This document shows, in pieces, positions 14,326 through 27,860 of a stretch of 64,000 nt of DNA. Below the pieces are notes generated by a model. That model saw only the letters and a list, made by a program, of their open reading frames with translations, had not been told where the DNA came from and did not search any database. The first letter of the stretch is position 1. The number at the start of each line of letters is the position of its first letter. The stretch covers positions 16,610,087-16,674,086 of the forward strand of contig CM119266.1 in assembly GCA_051294375.1 (NCBI GenBank). The letters are read 5' to 3'. Source of the DNA: Paraspadella gotoi. Its lineage: Eukaryota > Animalia > Chaetognatha. The translations under genes and the position numbers were made by a program.

Positions 14326-14752
14326 TTTAACTCGCGAACCCAGCTGCAGGAAATGAAACCGGCTCACTCATTCACGACACTCACGGTTTTACCCACATCA
14401 ATTTGGCTGAAATAATTGTTTAAGTTTACATTTAAAACAAAGGTCATGACAACACCTACATTTCGATACAACTGAAGCGTCATTCAAACCTTAATGTCTC
14501 TTCCTTTCTGAAGAAGTAATAAATCTCCAATAAAAACTTTTTAGTTTCAGTTTTATTATTTTTGTTGTAAATTCAAAACCAAACTATGAATTATTTACGT
14601 TTGCCAAATAAGTAATAAAGTTCACGACAGTTTCTTACATTTTTCTAATTTCTCCTTCTTCTACAAAAGTTGATGCTACCACCAATGGCGGTAAACAGCT
14701 CAGCTTTACAAAATGTTGCAAATGTTACCCTGGGTTCTTTGGCAGATAGGCT
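14326..14752 (-). CDS. Putative chain of five micro-exons (14752-14729, 14660-14639, 14507-14490, 14406-14385, 14343-14326) continuing the membrane protein gene
   Basis: Each follows a pyrimidine-rich YAG acceptor and ends at a GT donor (GTAACA, GTAAGA, GTTTGA, GTGAGT, GTGAAT). Phases are mutually compatible. Assembled by eye, so alternatives exist. Confidence 0.4.
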
Positions 14753-14855
14753 CTGAAATTAAATGATTAGAATAAGTGCGAGCTTATTATACAAGTCAAT
14801 ATTTACATATATATTGATTCTCTAATAATACATCTATTGATTTCCCTTGACTCAC

Positions 14856-15026
14856 TGGCGTCAGATCCTTTATTGTACATCGCGTTGGCCTGCTGCACCG
14901 GTCCCGAATAGCAGGTGCTGGCATTCCTCGGCAGGACGCCATCCGTATTGACTGATGGCATCGAGAACATGCAGCATTCGGCGAGTCGTTCACAGTTCCT
15001 GTTCATGTCGGTGTACTCGTCTTTCT
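14856..15026 (-). CDS. Exon 4 of the membrane protein gene, Cys-rich (KDEYTDMNRNCERLAECCMFSMPSVNTDGVLPRNASTCYSGPVQQANAMYNKGSDA)
   Basis: TTTTTGCAG acceptor, GTGAGT donor at 14855, 171 nt, phase 1 to 1, open frame, N-glycosylation sequon NAS. Confidence 0.8.
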
Positions 15027-15275
15027 CTGCAAAAATTATACTTAACTTGATAAAATATGGAAATTAAATCATCTTTAAAGACAGGAAAAAAAAATACTGA
15101 CCATGCACTTCTTTTCTTTATTTTACATAAAAAAAAGAAAAAAAAAACAAAGAATTATATGACCAATAAAAAAATTTTCCATTCATTTAATATTTAATAC
15201 CATCACTCTTATAAGATAATAACATAGCTGTTAGTTGTACTTGGTATTAATTTCCATCGTCAGACCCACGCCCAC

Positions 15276-15530
15276 CGTTCATCAATCCGCTCCAGACCAT
15301 CCAATCCAGGTAAACGTTGAGGTTGTCTCCCTGCGATTCGAAGCACTCCGTCTTAATCTCTTTGTAGACGAGCATGGAGTTGTCCCAGTTGGCGCAGGTG
15401 CAGTAATGTTGGCAAAAGGCGTACTCCACCGAGCCGAAGACAATGGCGGCGAGGCCAAAGATGATCGCCCCAATGCTGAGGCATAACGCCAGCTTGTCCG
15501 CCTTACGGCAACAGCAGATCAGCATGCTGG
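15276..15530 (-). CDS. Exon 3 of the membrane protein gene: CCC motif, third hydrophobic segment and start of the Cys-rich region
   Basis: ACAG acceptor in phase 1 gives F-A-SMLICCCRKADKLALCLSIGAIIFGLAAIVFGSVEYAFCQHYCTCANW... Two possible phase-1 donors exist (GTGGGC at 15275 or GTGGGT at 15269). Confidence 0.8.
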
Positions 15531-15858
15531 CTGTTCGTAAACAGATGAAATAAAAGGATAGAAGATAATTCAGTCNNNNNNNNNNTAAAGGGGGCTTTAA
15601 TTCGAAGTGAGGCGTGTCCCTAAGCCTAAGGCAAGCCACTAATTTGTATCTTGTGATAACGTTCCTGGGAGAGACCGCCTATCGTTTCAGAGCGAGCATT
15701 TTTAATGAGGAAAAGGAAACGTACTTTTCGTTCATGATGATAATTCAATCTTTGTATATATGACAAATAAAAAGTAAAAAAAAAAGTTTAATCTAATGTT
15801 TAGAATACAGATTATATTGCCTTTTTTTCACCAATTCACGTTATTTATTTAGATTTAA

Positions 15859-15987
<129 letters not shown>

Positions 15988-16054
15988 GATTTAGATTATT
16001 TTAGATTTTTCCAAAAGTAAAACGGAGACCCCCCCCAAAAAAAAAAAGAATTAC

Positions 16055-16190
16055 CGAAGACGCTAACGAACGCGGGAACTGCGAGGATCCAGACCCAATG
16101 GAACCAGACGGTGCTGAGCAAGATCGCCATGATCATCGCGACGAGCGTCATCATCACCGCCACGCCCACGAAACACAAAGTCGCCATATC
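16055..16190 (-). CDS. Exon 2 of the membrane protein gene, two hydrophobic segments (DMATLCFVGVAVMMTLVAMIMAILLSTVWFHWVWILAVPAFVSVF)
   Basis: CAG acceptor, GTAATT donor at 16054 (phase 1), GC-rich third positions in AT-rich flanks, strongly hydrophobic translation. Confidence 0.8.
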
Positions 16191-16258
16191 CTGGACGAGG
16201 AATCGAAGGAACCCGTTTGACGATACCGAAAAAAGGGCTTAATTTGGAAGGAACTCAC

Positions 16259-16276
16259 CCAATTCGAGTCCACCAT
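16259..16276 (-). CDS. Exon 1 (coding part, MVDSNW) of an uncharacterised multi-pass membrane protein gene
   Basis: A-rich context AAAAATGG, six codons, then a consensus donor GTGAGT at 16258. A 68-nt phase-0 intron ends CCAG at 16191, in frame with the next exon. Confidence 0.65.
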
Positions 16277-19200
16277 TTTTTTATTTTTGATCCTAGTTTT
16301 GTTGATCTAAATAATTTGGTCGTTTTAACTTTAGGATATTTTAAATCGGCTACCTACTGATTTTTGACATCGAAAGTATTTGAAAAAATTACGTCGTAGG
16401 GAGGCGAGGGAGCGTAGCGATTTTTTTTCCTCTTTTAAGAAAATGCTAACGGAGAAATCAACACCGATTTACAAAAGACCGTTATTCTGAAGTAGACTAA
16501 GAAAAAAAAACTAATTTTGACTTAGATAACATTAATTCCATGTAGAGCGAAAAGGAAAATGAAGAGATATGGCGAAAAAATGGCGAAAGAGAAATGTAGA
16601 AAATAAATTTTAAATCACGTCCAATCGGCTACAATAAAAAAGAACAACGCCATCTGCAGTCGTCAACGTNNNNNNNNNNNNNNNGTCTGCGTATCGAAAG
16701 CCCCATCTGCGTCACGGCTTGGTAACTCGGAAGGCGGAAGACACCAGCCACGTTACCATGACGACGGAAAGGACTGGGAGGAGAGAGGAAAGTCGAAAAC
16801 CATAAATCATAACTTTGTCCGCGAAAGTCTTAAAAAATGGAAACGGATTGTGCGGGAAAGTTTGAGCGCTCAAAACATTTTTTCTTAAAAAAAAAAAAAA
16901 CACAAAAAAAACATTAAAAAAAATTGAACCACGTCTTTACTTTTTTTTTCACAAAGTGAAAGACTTATTTTTTTCCCTCGAAAACAATCAACGACTTCAA
17001 CCCACCGTCGCGACGTAACACTCCCCACTCGGTTCTCAACTCGCCTGACCCAATCCCCCACCTTCATCCGGGTCAGGCTCGTTTATCACTGACGCCCTCT
17101 CGGCCGTCGACGTTGTTTACGTGGTTTCCTCTCTCACCTACCTTCCCCCCTTTCTTACCCCCCCCCAAGGTTTTTCAGGTTAGTCCCGGTAAAAGTCGTT
17201 TTTATTTCCTTGTAATGGGTTCGTCCATTACGGCCTCATTATCCCGAGATCGAGAGAGCGACCCGGCGACCGGAACCCCGAGACCCGCGTTTTTTGGAGG
17301 AGAAAAAAAAAAAATTATATCCCACGAGTCACCAACGTGGAAAGGATTTCAGGTTTAATTTCACGAAAAACCGCGCGAAAATTTTCTAGCACNNNNNNNN
17401 NNTTTTTAAATTATTTATACATCATCTCTAACGCCGCCTGAAACAAATAAACCCTTATTAAATAAATTAACTTACCCCAGAATGCCTTACCCAAAGTGCC
17501 AAAATATCGTCCTTCCCAGTCTTATCCCAAGTCACCAAGTGGATCGACTCAACCAATAATTCCTCTTCGCTCTGAGTTCAGCGACATCGAATATGATGGA
17601 TCCTCGCTGATGGATGAAGACCGAGATGGATTTCGCGCCGCTTCTCCGCCGAAGGGCGGCTCCTTGGGGTCCTGACCTGGGACGAGCAGGAGTGACCCGA
17701 TAAGGAGGCCACGTGGGCGATAGGCGCCTTGGACGAATGGCTTCCCGTTGCCAGGAAGCCACTAACCCTAAGGAATGAAGACCAACTTCTTATCTCGACC
17801 TCCATTTTCAGACGCTCTCTCTCTCTCTCTCTCCTCTCTGACGTACTGGCATCTCTTTTTTTAATCAAAATTCTTTCTAAATAAACCTCAGCAAACCTCT
17901 GAACTTTAATTAATACACCATTTTTTAAAATGAAAATACAGTCGGTAAGACTTTCAATTAAAACCATAATTTGTTTTCCTCCCCTTCTTAAATTCCCTAT
18001 TCCCAACGATTTTCTTTCCGAATAGTTTTCCCTTCAAAATTCCCTTTGGCGCCCATTTCTTTTCCTTTTCTTCGCGCTTTAATTCCCCCTTGTCTTCTCT
18101 CAACATTATTACCGAGCGACCCCGTCGAATCGAGCTCTCCATCCCCATCGCTTTTCCTTCTGCGGCTTTTTCCCCGTTCCCCCCGTGGATCTACAGTTTT
18201 TTCCTCTCACTGTCTTACTAGTCAACTCGTTGTCGATATCTTTTTTTTATATCAATAATCTTTACATATATCTATTCCAGTCGAACGTATTATCCATATC
18301 TTCTCGTTTTCTTCTGCCCAACTGTTTCGTCGCATTTACTCACCTGCAATTCCACTGCTCCACTTCTCGATTCTCCATTTGCCACTCACTTCCACCGTCT
18401 TCTCCAACCCCCCTTCACTCACTACCCCAACCCCTCGCCCCGTCTCTCTCGCTCTCACTCTCTCTCGCCGCCGTCATCGCTCATCCCTCCCGCTATCTCC
18501 TCTGCGCAATTTGGCCCATCTTTCACTCGGGCCGAGAGAAAAAACCCGAGGGAACTTATGCGTGTTTATCTCATTCTTCTTTTCATTCCGAGCGCACTTT
18601 GGGCGCGCATATCGCCCGCGCGCTAGCGGGCCCCGACGGCGCATATTGCAGGAACTGGTGAAAAGCGGGCCCCGCCGGCGCATTCGATTTCAATCCCAAG
18701 GCCGAGAGGGGAAGAAGTGAGAAAAATTGGAGGATTATCGGGGAGTAGATTGAAGGGTTGGTGGATGGGTGGAGTAGGAGGAAAACTTATTGAAAAAAAA
18801 ATCTTTTTTTTTTCCTTTATCCCGGTTATTCTGGTAGAGTTATGGCCCAAAGCCTGTCGAGTTTAGCTTGGTGACTGAAGTCTGAAGAAAGAATTTTCGG
18901 GAAGAAAAGAAAAAAGACAGAAATTGATTTAGGTCGTCTTTTTTTTTTCAGGCGTTTCAAAAGAATTTCGATCTGCGACTAAAGTTTAAATTTAATGTAA
19001 TTCCGAAATAAATTCGGTTACAATACATCAGTGGTATTTTTCCCCCTAATTCTTCGAGCCATGACTGATTAAAACGTGAACAAAATGGAAAAATGGGGGG
19101 GTTTTCCTTAAGGTCAGCGCTTTAATTAAAAACCCCCTCCCGAAAAAAAAGGAAATCTTTCGGAGCGGAACCAAGATTTTCCTTTATTTTATTTTCCCTC

Positions 19201-19623
19201 TTGTCTCGCAAACCAAGTTATAAAAAAAGGGAGGAACGATTTGGAGAAAGAAAAAAAAAAGTAAAAGAGAGAAGAAAATAAAAGAGAAAAGCGGCGCAAC
19301 TGGGAGAAGAAGAACCTTGGGTCAAACATTTCAATCAAGACCGGTCGAGAGAGAGAGAGAGCCGGCCGGCGAGAGAACCATCCTCGCCAGAAAATAATCC
19401 CGAAGAAGGCCGACGGAGGAGAGACGTGGGAAAAGTGTAATTCCTCCTTTAATTCCCAGAATGACCGATTCGTTTTCTATTTTCTTGTTTATTTTACAAT
19501 CACGATACTTGTTTGTTGGCGAAATAAGGATCGAAGTTGAAAATGGTTCTAAAGAGAAAGGCGTAACAAAGAGTTAATGAAATTGCTAATGGAAAAAGAG
19601 GCGGATTCGGTGCATTAAAAGGC

Positions 19624-19671
<48 letters not shown>

Positions 19672-20717
19672 CAGAGAGAGAGAGAGAGAGAGTGTCAATT
19701 TTAGTAAGAAAAGGAAAGAGAGAGAGGAAGCCATAGATCGAAGTAAGTCCTCAAAGAAACTCTCTCAAGGAAAAGACGGAAGAAAATGCAATTCAAATCA
19801 GTCTAAAAATACTTCATTGGCGCGTAAAGGGATTTAGCCAGGCTTAGCGCCCACTTTTAAACTCTGGCGTCTGACTTCGGTAACGCCGGAAGACTTTCGT
19901 TTCTAGGTTACATTGACGATGACATTTTAACCGCCAAAGAATGAAACAACTGGATTCCGTTTACAGAGGTTACGTCCCCCAATTCAAGGCCGTTTAGTGT
20001 TTATTCTGTTTCATTTATTCGTTGTATTCTTCAAGTTTAACCTTCCTTTTTCTCCTTCCCTTAAAAAAGTATAGTATAAAACCTATGTCGGTGTTCCCAT
20101 GTGTCATTTTTTTTCTCTTTGCATCGAACGAACTCTTCGACCTCATGCCTGATCACGATTCCCCGCGGCGCTCTCACCCACTCACCCCAACCAAACTGGT
20201 TCCCATTTTCCAATTCTCCAGTGGCCACGATTCCACCGCGATCCGAAAAAAGATTTCCCAACCTCCCGTTCTTCACCTTTAACCCTGATCCCCCATGATC
20301 AACGTCCCAAATTGTTTTTTCCCTCCTAGTCTGACTTTGTCTGCTTGTTCTGTTCTTCGTTACAAAGTCCCTCCCCTTTGCTCACGAGACCAAAATCATT
20401 GTTTTTTTTTTCCTCTTCCTCCGACAACATTTCAATTTGGTACATGTTTATCAAACGTTACTTTTTTTTTACTTATCTCTAATTTTTATCAATGGCTTAT
20501 TTCTATTTAATTTTAATTCGTTCATTTTTTTCCCTTTAAAATCTTTATCTTTCTCTCTTCATTTCTTTTGTCCTTCTGCCCCCACAATCTCTTTTCCCGC
20601 GCCTTGGCTTCGATTGCCCCTCGCGCCCTCGAAATCAATTGGCATTTTGGCCCCGGATTGACCTTGAATCAAGCATTTTTCGCAACTCGAAACTCACGAC
20701 CAGAAGAAAACCATTGG

Positions 20718-20787
<70 letters not shown>

Positions 20788-21223
20788 TTGTCGTCCTTGG
20801 TTTTTATTTGCAACGGGCGGTTGATCCCCGTGGCAAAACAAACAGGTTGATAATGGGTGGCCTGTTGTAGAGTCCGGCAACTAATTGGAAAAAAAAAAAC
20901 TCCCAGCGCTTTTGTTTGAATCCCAATTTAAGTTTGTTTGGAGTCGTTAAAAAGTAAACAAAAAAGACACAACCTGAGCTGCTGAAAATTAAATTCGTGC
21001 AAAACAGTCGGTTAATCAATAATATGGAAAATCCATTTACTTGTTAAAAAATAAAACCTTTGTTTAGACTGACTGTCAAATGAGAACGGTAAAAACTTTA
21101 TTGATTAAATCTTTTGAAGATATAAACAAGAACAAATAAACACGACATTCTTACTAAGTAACAAGCGTGTGAAATATTTTCCCCATTACGGGGAAATAAG
21201 ATATAAATCTGTCTCGTAAAAAC

Positions 21224-21323
<100 letters not shown>

Positions 21324-22092
21324 TTTCATCTCCGTTCTTCCTCAGTTCTCCTTTTTACAAATCTCCCAAAAATTAAATAAAAAAATAAAAGTAAGAAAAG
21401 GCCGCATTTATCTTTATTTTGTCAGGTTTTTATTTCCCCGGTCATGGACCTACTAGGAATGTAAATAAAAAAATTACAGTGGGAAAACCGCTGCGCATTC
21501 TGTCGCTTGAAACGGCGCGTCGCTGTCTGCCAATTTGATAACAGCTTTATGATTATTCTACTTTTCTTTATCTTTATCTTATTCTTAAATTTGAATTTCA
21601 GGATCTTCACTGATTAGTTAGTTATTCTCCCGCCATCAATTTCACTCCTGATCTCCACTCCTCCCATTTCACTGCTTCGCCTTCAGTCACTCCCCCAATC
21701 CCCCTATCACCCGGAGTAAACCTTTCCAAACAGCTTCTTCCACGCGAGGTCTTTCCCCCGGCGCCGGGGCGCCCGACTCCAAACAACGCCCCATTCCATC
21801 TCCTCCCCCCCCTCCGGCGTCGATATGAATGGCCGGGAAGAGGAGGACCGTGAATTATATCGGCGCTTAATATCACCCAATCCGGCAAATACCATCCGCT
21901 GCCCTTTCCGAGTCAGAAAAATGGATTAAAAAAAAAAGAAAGAAAAAAAAAAGAAAGAAAAGGGGGGGGGAAACGGAGGCGTCAGAGAGATTAGGGGCCT
22001 CGACGGCGTCGGCGTCGGCGTCGGCGACGCATTCCGGAAGTTGAATCTCGGCGTCAAAATTCTGCTTTGTCAGATCAAAAGTGGAGAGTCTC

Positions 22093-22205
22093 GACCATGA
22101 GACTGAGTGATTGGAGAAAACTCAAGGTTGCTGAACGAGTACTGAGCTGTCCAAGCCAGTGGGACCAAGCTATACGGGAGACGAATTTAGGATTCTCCAT
22201 ACAGC
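22093..22205. repeat. Dispersed hairpin-forming repeat, copy B
   Basis: Same conserved blocks in the same order as 9123-9227. Confidence 0.7.
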
Positions 22206-22349
22206 TTTCATTTTTTTCCTACATCTACCAATATTTTCTTAAAGCGACATCCTTTGCTTTTTTTTATCTTGTTTCGAGATATTTTTCTGATTTTAGATTT
22301 ATCTTCCATTTTTTCCAATTTTTATCTTATTTCTGTGCTTCTTTCCCAG

Positions 22350-23067
22350 TTGCCAGGCAACGAGGAAAACTACCCCCTGGCGACCATGTGAAGGACGGCG
22401 AGTTGGCGCATCTGAGAGAAGACGAAAACGCCTTCGGGTCTGTGTTATGCATAAAGCATCGTCCTTTAAATGTAGGATTTTTAATTCGTTTTGTTATTTT
22501 AGTATCGCAATTTCATGAAAATCACATGTAATATTTTAGAATAATTTAAAAACTTAAAATTTTATTTAAGTTTAAATTTTAACACGAGGCCGAGCGAGGG
22601 TTAGAAGAAATTTTTTATCCAAAGTTGACATTTAAAAAGAAAGTATTTTGCTTTTTTTAAAAAATGACTTGAGGGCATCAATCGAATTAGTTTATATTTG
22701 TCAGTAGTCTTTGACCTTCTCCTTAAACTAATCTGATAAATGCCTCCCGAGATGCCAGTTTCGCTGTTCGAAGAAAAAGTGAAAACGGGTAACGTCGTAA
22801 ATTCGTACTTTTACTCTGCGAGCGGAGTCTTTTTGGCAACTTTGCGTCAGCACCGTTGATATTCAGGATGAAAAAACCAGAGGCAAAGCCATCAGCAAAG
22901 GACACCACGACGGCCATTGTGGCCGAATATACGTCCAAAACGTCAAGAAAGACGGGGATCTTGTTTCAAGTATCGCTGACGCTTCGATGGTTTGGCATCG
23001 CGACGTCTGGCGGTGTCATTCGGGCCGGACCGGCGCCGGCCGTCTTCTCCATCCGGCGCCTTTGTGA
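22350..23067 (+). CDS. Candidate two-exon fragment (22350-22437 joined to 22851-23067), unknown product
   Basis: TTTCCCAG and GCGTCAG acceptors. The phase-2 join reads ...LREDENAFG-TVDIQDEKTRGKAISKGHHDGHCGRIYVQNVKKDG... to TGA. The donor GTCTGT is weak. Confidence 0.3.
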
Positions 23068-23147
23068 CAAAGGATGATTAATGACGAGCTTCTTGCATCC
23101 GGGGTTTTCACCTCGGTTTCTCTCAAGAGGATTGACTTTCCGGATGA

Positions 23148-23182
<35 letters not shown>

Positions 23183-23341
23183 TTCTCTCAACCCAGACCT
23201 TCTCTCATATCGATATTGAACGAATGAAACCGATGTTAACTTTTTGCTTTACGAAATATTTCCCTTTGACTAAATTCCTTAATGTTTGTTAGAGAATATT
23301 TTTGTGAGAGTGAAAGAATGATCTGTTAAAACTCGCCGGTG

Positions 23342-23412
<71 letters not shown>

Positions 23413-26400
23413 TCTTCTGTCGCAAGCATTAATTCTGCTCTGATTGTTGTTGTTGTACTCTGATGTTGTTCTTCTGCTTGGTCTCACGTCATCTCCGCCG
23501 AAACCAACCGGGAATTCTCAGTCGCATCAATTATGAACAAATCAATTTTAATACAGAAGGCCCAAATCTGGTCCCGCGGTGCGCGCGCCGTCTCTCTCAG
23601 ACTAGATCTCTGGCCTCATTACCTCGAACCTCATCCTAATCTTATGCGGTTCTAGCGGCGGCCTCTGAAGAAAGGAGAGGCCAGGAAAAGGGGTGGAGTC
23701 GTTCTGGGGGCGATGAATTAGGAAAGGAAATTCGATGAACCGCGCCAAGAGCGACTTCATTAGCTTAATTTAATATTATTCAGACGTTGAGCTGAAAATC
23801 TGACAGAAAATCGGGAGGTCGAAATTAATTGCGTGAGAAGCGGTTGGGCGGGCCCGTTCGAGCGGAAGCGGAAAATGACGCCGAATGAAGACGGACGCTC
23901 AAAGGAAAGGCGATCAGGAAGATTAAGACAAGAGCGGTAATTCGATCATAACGAAGCACAAAAAAGGCTTTTATTTCGAATTTTGTAATGTTAACAAGAC
24001 ATGATCATTCGGAGATTCCTGGCATCATTGAGAATCCCCTTTCCCACTTCGGTTCTCAAAAAGGCGTTGTTTATTATACATCAAAAGTAAAAAACAAATA
24101 AAGGTGGAGGAAAAAAGAAGTTTTCGTTATGATTTTCCGGCTTCAAAACTCTCATCCAGAGGATTTCTTTCTTTTTCATCATCGGCAGCGAGAGATTTCC
24201 CCGAGGGGCTCTGAATAATAGGCGAAGTACCCGGAACGCGGAAGTGGAAATTCCCAACGCCGGGGGGGGGGGTTGGCAGGCGACCGGGGAGTGGGGAACC
24301 CGAAAGGCGTGAAGGGAGAGGAGAGTGGATGGAAAGGCTTCCGTGAGAAAGTCGGAGAGAGTAGCGGGGGCGGTTCTTCGAGCGGCCTCGGGAACGGGCG
24401 GCGGTTGACGCGAGAGAGGAAAGATGTTTTCGAAACGGAAGATGTGTGTAATGTCTTTAAATATTAAATGGTGACGTTGAAGCGGCGACGCCAAAGTGGA
24501 AAAGTGGTGATACTTGTCGTCGTCGTTACGAGTCTTACAACTTTTACTCGATCAACGAACATCGAAACAACAAGGACGGTTTTGGGCTATGAAAATTCCT
24601 GTGAAAAATTGAACTTCGTAAATGGAGTAAAATGCGGGCTTACAATAGAGAAAACGACCATCCTTACCATTATTAGTACCTTTACATATGTTTATGAACA
24701 CTTATAAATACATAATAATCTATGAATTTCTAGACTTTTAAATTTACTGAGAGGTATATATTTCTAATTTATTGATATATATGAGCCAGAAAGTTTTTTT
24801 TTAACTCATTGTTCAAAATTTTATTTTACATATAAATACGTATCATTAGGTTAAATTCCGGTAAAAAAGAAATAAACACGTTTATGATTATTCAGAAAAC
24901 AAATCTCTTCTTCTCTCTCCCCTTCCATCCTTTCTCCCCTTCCTTTCCTTCCCCTCTCTCGCCACGTATTTCCATTTTTTCCCCATCAAAACAAGCTTCT
25001 CGTTCGTGGCGCAGGGCGCGGCCAACTTTGGCGCTCACCGCTCCCGCGCGGTGTTTATGTTCCACCGGAGTTGATTTTTGAAAGATAATCCGTTTTTTTT
25101 TCTAAGTACTTATCATCATTTACTATCAAAATATTTTGAACGGCGAATTCTGGAATCGTATATGAAAAAAAAATCCCCTTGTGCTAATAAACGTAAGAAT
25201 CGTCAAAACTTTTTCTGGGTTTCTCGAGTTTCGCTTCAGTTAGGCTACGAAGCGTTACTTCATTACTTGTAGGGCCAATAGTTTCTTTCCAGTTTATATT
25301 AAAAACCGACAAAATTATTCTAATATAAAAATTTTTCTATGCTTAGAGATTTGTGAACTACTTTCAAAGAAATTAAATCTAACAAAAGTTTAACTAGTTT
25401 AAAAGTGATTTAAGTAGTTAATTTGTGAAAGAAGTAAAATTAGTTTAAAAAAATTAACAAGAAACAAGGGAATTTTATATTATGGAAAAAATCATATTGA
25501 AGTCAGTGCGAAAAACAAAAGGAAGAGTTGATTATCTTATCATCAAAATTTTTAAAAAAAATTATTTAATTTAAAATAACAAACTTTTTAAATTAAGCAA
25601 AATTCTCAACAAATTATTTTACCTCGGTGGAAAAGTGATAATACCGATATTTTTTAGTCTCTTCCTCCGAAAATAAATATCGAATCTCGTTTTTCAGAAA
25701 AGCAACTGGGAATATTAGCTGGGAATCGTAAGGTGTAAGAAAAAAACCCGAGCGTCTTCACCATTTTTTGTTTCTTTGCTTCGTGAATGTTTTATAGATT
25801 TGAGCCAAAGAAACGACCCTTGCAACAAGATTAAGAATATTTTTTTTTTACCAAGATTTATGTTTTGTTTCACGTATAGACAAAACAAAAGTGACATTCA
25901 CTTCTTTATTTTTCCTAGCTGTTGCCAACAGCGTTCAAAATCATTAGCGGTCAATATATGTTTTTTAAAATGCGATGTAAGTGTTGTGCTACAGTGCGGC
26001 GCAAAAGAAACTATATTGGATGGCTGAATTTCTCAAAAATATAGAAACAAAACGATTAGTCCAAGTCCTATTGACGTCTAAATTTATTTCTAACCCTTTC
26101 ATATGTTTAATTCCGTTATGATTTAGTCACTTTTATATTGTAAACATCAGTCAGAAAACGAAGTGTCATCAACGCTAACCTTTGGAAATCACTTTTTCCC
26201 CAATTCCTCTTTTTTTTTTTTGGCACCAATCGAAAGCTCTTTAAAAAGAGCTATACTTTTTATGTACATTTTCTAAAAATTAAAAAAGCTAAATAGTGGC
26301 TATTTTTTTTTTTGAGCGGCAGTGTATTTGTAACAATATTAAAAGCATGATGGGTTTGCCCGAGGCCTCGACCGAGAGAACGATAACAAAAAGGAAAGTG

Positions 26401-26667
26401 ATACTTATGCCTAATGTTGGTCGGGTAGAAGTTGCTTCCTATTGCTTCTCTCATCTTCATTTTTTCTTCTCCATTTTTCGCTGGCTCTCACAATTTTCTT
26501 TCAAGGAAAAAAGCGTTTTCCACAAAAAAAAAAAAAAAAAAATGTAGCGATTGAAGGTGAAGCAAGACGGAGCATTCTGAAGCAAATCTAGCGAAATAGA
26601 GCAAGATTGAGTTGGGCCAAGTACCATGAAAAGAAATTTAAATGGAAAATGATGCTTTACTGATTTG

Positions 26668-26729
<62 letters not shown>

Positions 26730-27391
26730 TTCTAGAGAGAGAAAAAAAAACCCCGACCACGAATGAGAAAAAAATTGCAAATGATGGACGAGGGAGTTTC
26801 GGGAATTGAAAAGCGGCAAATGGACCGGAAACGCCATTTGCCGCTGGCGCCATTTTTCGCGTCACCCGATTTTAACGCGGACAGGGTGGTGAAACGCACG
26901 ACGCACGTGAAAGCGCTCGGTTATTCTGAGTTTTTATGCATTTTTTATACAGTATTTTTTTTTTAATGGAGGGCGCTCCTTCAAAATGTTAAAGATGGCG
27001 TGGCGAAAAGTTGGCGACGACGAACGGGAACCGAAAATGTTATGTATTGAAAACGGTTGTGATTCTTTTTCGTTGATGTGAAGGCCGGGTGGGCAGGGGG
27101 GATGGGCGAAGGAGAGGAAGTAACGAGGGCACGGGGCACCACATTCTCAAGGATCAGCCGCCATTTTTTTTCCTGTTTGTTTTGGCACCCAATCCGTTTT
27201 CCGCTTCTTTATCAGCCTCTCTCTCTCTCTTCCTCCACAAAATTGCCCCTGAATACCCTTTTTTATAATCTTTTGCAATTGTTGTTTTTAGATGGTATTT
27301 TGCAAAGGCTCAGCAAAAGTAACAAACTTGCAGAAAAGAAATAAAAATTCTTTTTAACACTCCCAAAACACGAGCATGCAGAGAGAGAGAG

Positions 27392-27440
<49 letters not shown>

Positions 27441-27860
27441 CTCGATTTCGTATTCAGGTCGCGAAGGAAAAAGTCCGAGAGTTGGTGTTTTGCGCTCGAT
27501 TCTCGACGGACGCCGACATCCCACGCCCACATTTCGCTATCCCTACCACTTCAGACACCGACCGTCATCCATCTGGATCTTCTTGTCGACAAATCGGTCA
27601 TTTACTCCATCAGCATTAATCACTACATTCACAGCTGCCCGATTCCCACACCTGTCGCCCACTTACTATCTGTTCCGCTTCTGTGGTAACTCCCCCCGAG
27701 GCGGCCTCTTTTGAACCTTTTTAAACTAAGATGTTTGCTGTTATCCTAGTTGCCAAGTTTATTTCAACTAATACAAATTTCAAAGAACATCATTTTTAAA
27801 TAGTCGCTACAGGACGTTGAAATATTAATTTTCTTCCCGAACGCGGCTCATTTAAATCAT

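Noticed and set aside
17532-17762. GC-rich minus-strand region with all three frames briefly open
   Set aside because: High GC explains the lack of stops, and all frames stop before the donors near 17470-17490; more likely 5' UTR.
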